NCBI GenBank assembly: GCA_015233195.1
Contig: JADFYE010000006.1
Span: 6,699 to 70,698 of the forward strand
Reading direction: 5' to 3'
Length of the DNA stretch: 64,000 nt
Origin: Candidatus Omnitrophota bacterium
Lineage (GTDB): Bacteria; Omnitrophota; Gorgyraeia; Zapsychrales; Zapsychraceae
Of this stretch, positions 16,724-26,400 are shown in pieces. The notes below the pieces were generated by a model. The model saw nothing but the letters and a program-made list of their open reading frames with translations. It was not told the origin of the DNA and did not search any database. The position numbers and the translations under genes were made by a program. The first letter of the stretch is position 1, and every line of letters starts with the position of its first letter.

Positions 16724-16960
16724 ATGAAAATTGATAAAGTCATATCTAGAATTAGGGCTGTGCGCTGGAGTATTTCAGTAAAATTTGGTCACAGCATAGA
16801 GCGTTTGGGAAATTATTATATGAAACTTCAGGTTAAACAAAAAAATAGGTTAGTAGCTGGGAAAAGCCCAAGCTTTAAAGAATATTTAATGAATGGTCCT
16901 TCTTTTAAAGGGGTGAATTTAAAGAGGGATCGTTCGTTGATGCGTGAAGTTAATTTATGA
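16724..16960 (+). CDS. Small antitoxin-like protein (orphan; possible leaderless mRNA)
   Basis: The C-terminus SFKEYLMNGPSFKGVNLKRDRSLMREVNL resembles the conserved tail of VapB/Phd-type antitoxins (..P....dl.l.RdrS..RevdL). A perfect extended -10 TGATATAAT (16709-16717) ends 6 nt before the ATG. The downstream ATGA-coupled ORF is only 28 codons (16957-17043), so no intact toxin is present. Confidence 0.4.
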   Translation: MKIDKVISRIRAVRWSISVKFGHSIERLGNYYMKLQVKQKNRLVAGKSPSFKEYLMNGPSFKGVNLKRDRSLMREVNL

Positions 16961-17027
16961 AAAGTATTAACAAGTGTTATCAGATCCTTCGTCGTTTTGC
17001 TCCTCAGGAGGACAGTTTTAATTCAGA

Positions 17028-17057
17028 TTGGACATTTATCTGATCAGTTTGGACATT
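17028..17057 (+). repeat. Two direct copies of TTGGACATT (17028-17036, 17049-17057), the same 9-mer as in the inverted repeat at 1734-1774
   Basis: Exact 9-mers, 21 nt apart, about 430 nt upstream of the giant ORF. Further copies at 15466-15474 and 15616-15624, and a variant TTGGACAAA at 15482-15490, lie inside the minus-strand gene. Confidence 0.5.
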
Positions 17058-17065
17058 AATTTGTA

Positions 17066-17098
17066 CCCTCCCACTTGTGGGGAGGGTTAGGGTGGGGG
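17066..17098 (+). other. CCCTCCC/GGGAGGG hairpin overlapping a four-run G-tract (GGGGAGGGTTAGGGTGGGGG)
   Basis: CCCTCCC 17066-17072 can pair with GGGAGGG 17080-17086. G-runs of 4, 3, 3 and 5 with loops A, TTA and T span 17079-17098. This is very unusual in the AT-rich surroundings. Confidence 0.5.
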
Positions 17099-17359
17099 TG
17101 AGTCGGAGTATTGGTTTGTCAATAAAAATCTTCACAATCTTTTTTCTTGACTTTCCCGCTGTTTTTTCAAGTCCGCAGTAAAATAATTCGTTTTAGGGCT
17201 GTTCTCCGTCGAGAAAGCTCCAAAAAATAAAGCATCAAAACAATGCGACTAAGGACCTATTGAAACTATTATTTTATAAAATAAAAAAATATTTTTGATT
17301 AGTATTTAAGCTATTGCAAGCCAACAACTTGTGTAATTAACCTTTTTGCTTTGCCTCCC

Positions 17360-17387
17360 TTGCCAGACGCAATATATATGTTATACT
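17360..17387 (+). promoter_or_regulatory. Sigma70-like promoter candidate for the giant ORF (-35 TTGCCA, 16-nt spacer, extended -10 TGTTATACT)
   Basis: TTGCCA 17360-17365 and TATACT 17382-17387, preceded by TGT. It lies about 100 nt upstream of ATG 17485 and shares TGnTATACTTT with the flp promoter candidate. Confidence 0.3.
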
Positions 17388-17484
17388 TTCAGTGCGATTG
17401 ACGGAAAGTACTCGAATCGGACCTCGGGTTTGAGATGTTGTAGGCGATAAACATTGGTTTGTCGTCAACAGAGGTTGAAAAAAA

Positions 17485-20400
17485 ATGAAAAAAGCCACGG
17501 AAAAAGGACAATTAGGTTTGCCTGAGAGAGATAATTCTCAAAGTCTTCCTATAGAAGATTTGGGAAATATCTCTTTTAATCCTTCTGAGGTTGAACTTCC
17601 AGAGTTCACCGCAGCCGATGTTGACCGTTTAAATATCGATAACAGCCTTGCCAATGAAGATTTTGATCACACTGCGTTTTTAATCCCAACAGAACCGTCA
17701 TTTATCAGCCGTTTTAACCGTTGGTTGAAAGTTACAGCAGTAGCTGTGATTTGTACTTTTGTGCCTCAGCAGATCAGTTGGGCGTTCAATTATAATCCTT
17801 CAATAATTTGGCACAGTTTAGCTCCGGTAACAGCGCCGATGATGTCGCCTTTATCCGACGGGATATTGTCCGGCACAGAGCACACTCCTAACACTGATTT
17901 TGACGCTCTTGAAAAAATCGAGTACGGCAAACAAGTTGCCACTTATGTTTCAGGCGGGTTGAACCAGCTTTTAAAACAGTTAGTTGATAAAAAAGATACC
18001 CGCGTCAAATTACAGCTCCCAGCTTCGCACGATAAAACCAGCCAAAACACTTTTGTCCAAATTGACATTGCTGATCCTTTGAAGCAGAAAACTGTGGATA
18101 ACTTTGTGGATTGGTTGAAAAAGCCGGAAATTCACGCCTTAAACTGCGGGGTTTACGCTTTGCAGGATATTTTGAAATTGTCAGGTGTACAGCTTAATCC
18201 CGAGGAAATTTCAGTTGCTACTTTGAGTGTGGACATTTTGTATAAAGTTATAAAGCCGGCAGAACCGAAACTTAAGACGTCGTTGTTTGCAATGGATAAG
18301 ATCGCCCGGGGATATGGGTTGGAATATGTGCCGGTTAAGCTGGATAAAAAAGCTGACGTGGTTGGGGTTAAGCCGCCGTTTATTGCGCATTTCTCAGACG
18401 AACATTTCGTAACTGTTACGTCGATCAACAGCACTAAAGTTACTTATTTGGATATTGGTCGCGAAACCTCGGCGGATACAGTTAAATTCATCAGCAATTT
18501 GAGCGGGTTTATTTATGCTAAGTCGTCGGCGTTAGAAGGCATTAGAGCAGAGAAGATTTCGGAATCTTTATCAGCATACGTCTGGGGTTCGAAATGGAAA
18601 GATAAGTCGAATGAGCTGCCTGGTTTCATGAATGATTCCAGTGTTTTGATGTCGTTCTTGACTGATATTATTTCTTTAATAATTGCGGCAATGTCGGGCG
18701 GAGTTGGGGTTATTAATTGGTTGATCACTAAACTGGTATCTACCATGTTTCAAATTTGTGTGGCGCAGGGAGCTTGCGACGAGAAAACAGCTTTTATTTT
18801 ATCTGCAGCAATTTCAGCGTCTTTAACTGCCGGGGTTAGCGCGCAAGCGTCGAACGCCAGTATTGCTTCCGGCGGTGCAACCGCATCTAATTCAGCTTCA
18901 TTTTTGGGTGGTTTTGGGCAGAGCGCTGACGCGTTTGCTGGTTCAATGTCTGGTTTAAAAAGCATGTTCATGGGTATGCCTGGAGTAAGTGGAATGATGG
19001 GTTCACTTAGTTCGATTAACCCAATGAATTTATTTGGAGGAATGGGCGCTAGTGTTGTTGGCGGTACAGCAGCTCAGGCAGCAACTCAGTCAGTCGGGTT
19101 TGCTATGGCAAAAGGATTTTTCTCTGGATTAATAAAAGCGTTCGTACAGTGGGAAGTTAAAGAGGCAATTGCTCCTCAGCAAAAAGATAAAGATGGTAAC
19201 GCAGTAGCTGGAAAGAATGATTGGATCGCAGGATGTGTTTCCGGATTAGCTGCAACATTTGCTGGATTTGTGGTTGATACTGCGTTTGATGCTGGAGCTG
19301 GTATTTCAAATGCGTTTGCTAAGAATAGTCAGGCATTGATGTCGAGCATTTCCAAACAATTGATGATTTTTGGTCTTAGAGCAGTTTTGGATGCTGCAGG
19401 CGTGGATGGTAATTCTGCGGTATCGAGTTTGATAGGGGATACTTTGAGCAGTTTAATGGATTTGGCGCAGCAAGCAGCACAAGAACAACAGCAGGCTGAA
19501 GAACAAGCTCGGGCTGGACAGCAAGGCGGGCAACAGGGTGGACAAATCAAAGTTACGGATTATAATCCGACTACAAAACTTTATACAGTGGTATTTTCCG
19601 ACGGAACAACATCCCACATGACTGCAGATCAGCTTCAGGCAGCTGGAATTGATGTTGCGAAATTGCAAGCACAAATAGCGCAAGCTGGGACAGCGAAAAC
19701 CCAGGTGAAACAAGCACAAAATAAAGATTTGGCTGTAAAGAATGACCATGGCGCGCTTATTCAAAGCGTTGCTAAAAACGGCGATATTTATACTGTGGTA
19801 GTTGTGGGAAAAGAGACTCAGACCTTTACTGGAACAACAGCAGAATTGGACATAAAGTTTAAAGCAGCAGGACTAGTTATCCCGGTATTGACTGAAGGCG
19901 CAAAAGTAATTTTTGCAGATCAAGGATTTAAAGGTCAGACTGAAGGTTTTGAGGTTGGCGCAGACGGTAAGGTTGTAAAAGCTAACTTCTCTAATGGTAT
20001 GACGGCTAAAAATCTGGGCGCTGCTAACTCAGAGGTTTATTTAGATAAAGTTGGTTGGGATAATACAACTTTAAGTAAAGAGAATGCGGATAAATTAGCA
20101 ACAGCTTTTGGCTGGAATAATATTGTTGCTGTTGACGGAAAAAAAGGTTTAGATGCTGTAAATCTTACTTGGGGGAATGTTTTAACTGGCGCTGGAGCTG
20201 GTACAGTTTACGCTGGAAGCGATAAATCAAAAGCTTACGCGGTTGCGAGTTCAGGACAATATATTGCTGCGCTTACGAAGACGACAGACGATAATACTAC
20301 TCATTTTATGGCTAATGGAGAACCGTTATTTTATACATTTTCAGGCACACATTTACTTGGAATCGGTGACGCGTTTACTCCGCAAATGCCAAGTCAAAGA

Positions 20401-23400
20401 CAGGATAGTTTCTCTTTTGTGCAGGAATTTAAAGACGGAGCAGTAGTTAAAGGTACCACTTTACAAGATTCAGTTTTATGGATCACCCCGAAAAGTTTAG
20501 AGTTTAAAGGTTACGCAGATCTTAATTTGAGTAAGACTATATTGCCGACCGGCGAAGTGTTAAACATGACAATTTTGGCTAACGGCAAATTGTTCATGAG
20601 AAATATTACTGCAGATCAGCTTGGTAAAGGCGGTCCGGGTGAGAAATCGGATATTCCACAGCCGCAAGCACGTATCGGGTATTACGAAGTAGCAAATCGG
20701 ACAGGGAATGATAACCAAGTATTAATATCAGCTGCGAATAAAAGCAGTGTAGTTTTAATGGATACATCGTCGGGCAGCATGTCAGCAACCGCGCAGAAAG
20801 ATGATGTGTTTGTAGTTAAAGCTGGAACAACAGTTAAGTTGGACGATAGATATACGTTTACTCAGGCTCCTGACAAGGCAATACATGTAACTAATCATGC
20901 CACCTTAGGTAGAATTCTAGAATCTGGTGTTATGGGGGGTATTTATGGAGTTATGCCGTCGGAAAATGCACACTTAACTTTTAAAACTATGAATGTGACA
21001 GGTAAGACCGAGAACGGAGAATATCGTTTAGTAGCAGGCGGAACAATTTATGGTACAGGCGGATCTGAGAATAAAAATCCGTATGTTACAGATTCGAATT
21101 TTAAAGTTAGTGGTAAGGTTTATTCAGGAGAGGTTAAGCAAAAAGACGGCAGCGTGCGCTGGAGCGATATTGCTACTATTACTGGAGTAGAAACCCGGAA
21201 TTTAACCAAGGGTATTGATACTACAGTGTTTGTTGCTAAAGGTTCAGAGTTAAGTAAAAACGATATATCAAGAGATGGGAAATCAGGCGGTGGACCGCAA
21301 CTAAAAACTGATACATTGGTTTTAGCTACAAAAGTTACAAAAGATTTAAATCGTTATTCTACTGATTTACCTACTGGTAAAGAAGGTCGACTAGAATACG
21401 ATGGTCGTGACATGAGCTCAATGGTATTGAATGAAGGGTCGAGGATTTATACTTCTGCTAAAGAAAAAGAAGCAGTGCCATTGTTGGGTTGGAATAATTA
21501 TGGAGATGGCGGGAGCAATTACGGTTTTTTCAAAATTACGGATAAAGGGCTTATTCCTATTTCAGGAACAACTTCAAATTCTTTCAAAGACGGTGTGTTT
21601 GTAAAAAATGTATATGATAAATTGAATCCAGACACAAAGCTTCAGGAAAAAGTTGTATCTGTCATATCAGGCACAGCTCATTATTCTGGTAAGAATGGTG
21701 AGTGGACCAGTCAATCGTCGGGATTAACTTTAAATCAAAAAACATATCAATCTGATCCAACAGGAACAAAACCAGCTAAACAGTTTGAAACCTCAGAACC
21801 TGTGGTTTTTCAAGACGGGAAAATTTACCCTAAAGAAATCAATGCTCCACCGCCATTAAAAAGCGTAGACGCGCCTGAATCAAATTTGCCGAGCGACGCG
21901 TCAAAAGCTATATATCGCAGGGATCAAAGCGCATTAGGAAACGGAAGCGCGATATCGCATTTAATTAATGAAATTCCTGGTCAGAAAGGCGTGGAAGTAG
22001 GGATAAATAATATGCCAACTCCAGCCACAGCTAAATTAAGCACTATGGGATCTTTTGATTTTCAACCCACATTTAGTAATAAAACATTTACTGGCGATAC
22101 AAGCAAAATTTATTATGGAGTGCAGTCTTATGAGGGGAATGCGAATGACTTTATGTATTTAACAACCAATAAATCGACAATGTCTTTTGATAAATCTGGC
22201 ACACCTGAATTTAATACATATAAAGGTGATACTAATCAGACGTATGGATTTGGAAATGATTTTGTAAAAGTAGCTAATATGACAATTTTTGATGATTTTT
22301 TTGGGGATTATTTTGTGGATAAAGTTTATCAAAAAGGTGGAATGGAATATTATGCTTTCGGAGATATTAAGTCGTTAAATCCAACTGCGCAGGTTAGTTT
22401 TAATAATAAAGATTGGATTGGAGCAAAAGCTGAGGAAGGAAATAAAGGTCAGGTTAAGCTGTCCTGGGGTTCTGCTGATAGCGCAGAAACAACAGTGCCG
22501 CATGGTATAAAAACTACGGAAAGTAAGGCAATTGAAACCGGGCTCGACGTAAAGGATTTATGGAATAAAGCAACAGATTGGTATTTGGGAAGACAGTCTA
22601 TAAAAACTACGACAGCTGATAAGGCTACAGGTTCTACTGCTAAATATGATTTGCGGGAAACCGTTAATAGCGATGGAGTTGTTTCTTTAACTGGTAAACA
22701 ACATGCAATGGATTTTAGTTTTGGTGCTTCGGGCAGAGGCGCTGCTGTAACAGATTTCGGAAATGTTAATTTAACCAAAAATGAATCAACCTCTTTCCCA
22801 TTAGGCGTTGCTGTTGATTCAAAAGGTAAAGTGGTTGCTGAGGATTTTCTTCGAGAAAATCATACCAACGTATCTTTTGACCAAAATGGGGATATTAATT
22901 ATGACAGCAAAAATACTAATGTGACTCCGTTGAGAACAGTGCGTGCTTATAACGCAGATACTTATACAATGCCTTTCATTGGACAGGTTAGAGTTTTTGG
23001 GGTAGAAGAGGCAGGAGATGTTGATTATAAAACTGCCATGACATTTAAACAGATTGATTTTATGGCTAACGGCAGCGTTAAAGCTGAGAACGTTAGTTTG
23101 GATTTCGGACGGGGTTCAAAAGTAGAAGGTTCATTAGCAAGAGCTGCAGCAAATGATAAAGGACAGGTCGGGCAAGTAGATTTTGTTGGGAAAGAAAAAG
23201 TAGTTTTAGCGCCGTGGTTATTGCCTTCTGCTCCTAAACAAGAAAATCCCAGTGTAGGAAAGCCTGCAACTTTTGATGCCGCTTCTTCTGGAAATACCAC
23301 AGAGCGGGCAGCTACACATGTAGCCACTGTTGGTAAACAAGATGGAGTGGCTTTATTATCCGGTCAGGCTGCATACAGTTTACAATTCAGTGATCTTGAA

Positions 23401-26400
23401 GGTGGACGCATTGCTACAAATTATCGCGGTGTTGACGGTAAAGGCATGGTGATTGGAAACAATACCGGCGCTAACGATATGATTTACATGGTGCAGACCA
23501 ACGCCGCTAATAAATCAATTGGCTGGATTGCAGCTGAGGGACAGAAAGGTGTTCCATTAACTAAAATAGAATTTAATGATACTGGAGCAATGACGTCGAG
23601 AGTCGGCGGTTACGCTGAAGCATTTGATAGTGAAGGCGTGCGGTTTGCGTTGAAAGGAAAATATCAGCAGGACGGAATGGAGTCTTATTTAGGCGATGTG
23701 TACCCAGTTAAGAAATATATGGAAGGGGAAGCTTTAATTGATGTCGGGTTTGTGCGTTGGGGTGCAAATGGAGAAACGTTGGATTTAGTAGCGTCGCCGC
23801 AAAGTAAAATGGGAATGCTCGACGGTGCTGGAAAAACTGTTTGGAAAAATGTTGATATTTATAAAGATAAAGAAGGCTCTGCTGTTATTAAATTAGAAAA
23901 TAATGATAACGGCAAAGGGGAAGGAATTTTCTTTATTCCGTCTAAAGGTCCAGGACAAGATAAGGGCGATGCTAAAGCAGGTAAAGATGGTTCTTTAGAT
24001 ATCAGTGCCACTTATCCTGAAGGAAAAGCAGAGGATATTTTACACCGGACTGATTTGTCATACGGCGCTGATAGGGGAGTCAGGATTAATGGCGAGGACT
24101 TATCTTATAACGCGACATTCGGACATAATTTTTCTGGAAGCATTCAATCAGATTTACGTTATGTTGATAAATTTAATGTTGGAGAGGTTAAAGATGGAAC
24201 TTACGCGTTTGTAACCGATAAAAATGGAAAGACTAGAGAAGCAACTTGGGAGCTTAAGGATAATGGTCAAATTGAAACTAAACGTCAAGAGATAAAAAAC
24301 ATAGACAAACAACTTGCAGATATAGACAGCAAGATCAACAGTGTTACTCCTGAAAAAGAAGCTCTTGGCGGAGGTGGAGACAATAGTGATAAGTTTGTTA
24401 ATATAGATGATTTAAAGGCGCAGCGCGACAATTTATTAAAACAAAAAAATCTGGCATTGTCTCAATTAGACGACATGACTACTGTAACTTTGAAAAATGG
24501 AAGCATTGATCTGACACCTAAAAACGCTACTGTGGTTAAATTGGGCATGCAGGAAGTCTTAGGTAAAAAGGATAGCTCTGTAATAAATACTAATGGAGCT
24601 CCTAATGGTAAATATAAGTTAGACGATCTGGCTAAGGTTTTAGATAAATCCCCGTCGGAATTAAGAAAAGCCTTAAATTTAAGCGCTGGAGATAATCCGG
24701 ATTTTGAAGTAAAGGGCGGGTTTGCTTTCCGCGTAGGAAATCTTGAAAATAAACCGCAGGAAAGCGAAAAAAGTTTACCACGTGAAGCTCAAAAAAATAT
24801 AGCGGTTTTATTGGGTGGTGAAGCTGGAGGTAACATTCCTCCTTCTGTCAGAGCTAGTTTAATGCAGAATAAAGATTTTCAAGCTACTGCAGTGGCTGAC
24901 GGAAGCTCTTTAGTTTATATTCCGAAGGTTAATGATGACGGGAAAAATTATGGCGGATATTATGTGTTTGTAGACGGAAAAAATAATGCTCAGAAAATCG
25001 AAGGTGGTTTTCAGCCAGTGAACGAAAATGAGATTCCGTACGAAGCAAAGAAAGAGATGCAGGGTGAGTGGGAAAGACGAGGATTTAGTCCAGAACAAAT
25101 AAATAATATGATGTTTGGAGAAGGAACTGCTGAAAAACTGGTTTTACCCGGCGGATATGAAGTTATTAAATATAAAGATCAGAACCAATTTTATGTTGGC
25201 GGTAGTGAAACTTATAACGGAGGAACAGTAGTAGTAGATACAAAGAATAAGCAAGTTTACACTTGGTTGAATATGGGTTCGAATAAGAGCAGTTCTTATT
25301 CTGAAGTTGGATCAAGTTATGAAGAAAATTTGAAAAATCCAAACGATGTAGTAAAAGTTATAAATATGTCAACAGGTTCTGTTTTTGATTTTAAAGGAAC
25401 TGTTGCGGATGTGGCAAATATAAGTCCTTCAGCCGTTATAATTGCAGGTTCTGCGTTGCAGCGCATTCCGGGCGCAGATCCTAATTCTGCTATTTATGCT
25501 TCGATCAGCAGACCATTAAGTACCGGAGCTGTTGAAGTTAGAGTTCCTTCTTCGTCGGGTGAAACTTTTAATGTGGTTACTGATATGTCGACTTTGCAAT
25601 CTTCAGCAAAAATTGCTGGAAGAATGTACGACAATTATAAACTTTATATTGCAACTCCAATTGAACAAAGAGCTGCTCTCGGTGAACAGGTTAAAAGTGA
25701 TTTTAAAATTTTAAATCAAGCTTTGGTTAGGGAAGAGCTTAGTCCGTCGGTTTTATATGATGCTTATAAAAATAGCAATGGGGTTGAATTTATTACCAGA
25801 GCAAACGTGGTCGGACCTGAAACCGGTGAGCCAGGAATGGCTTTGCGTATGCCGGGAATGGTGTCATTTGAGAATGTTACAAAGCAGATTCCAGTTGTAG
25901 ACGATAATGGTAGAAATTTGACTTTGACTATTTTGGATCGGGGCAATGGTAAATATCAAACCGTAATTCCTGAAACCGGAGAAGTAATAAAAGAAGGCGC
26001 CAGAACTTTTTATAATCAAAATTACAGTGAGTATTTGGGATATAAATTTCAGATCAGTGCTTATCAGGATAAAATTACAATTGCCGGCGCGGGCGGATTT
26101 TTACAAAACGCGGTTTTTTGGATGGAATCGCCGTTATTTAGAGCACCGAATTTAATGCTTTGGAGCGTTACAGAAGGAAAAATGGGTGAGTGGGCAGTAG
26201 CTGGTAATACGACTTGGACCGATAGTATTAAAGCAAAACACGCGCTTGATGCAGTGCTTATAGGAGGTGGAATTGTTGAGGGCGGACTTCTTGCTGCAGA
26301 AAATGCAACAATTAAAGCAGCAGCTGAAGCTTCAGGCAGAACAGTTTTTACCGAGGGAGCGCTTAATGCAGCAAAAGGAATAACGCAAACTGGTTTGACT

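Noticed and set aside
23821-23850. Third P-loop (LDGAGKTVWKN) inside beta-rich region 1.
   Set aside because: It is an isolated GxGKT-like string with no upstream beta-strand/hydrophobic context, no Walker B and no SecA-type motifs nearby. It is most likely fortuitous.
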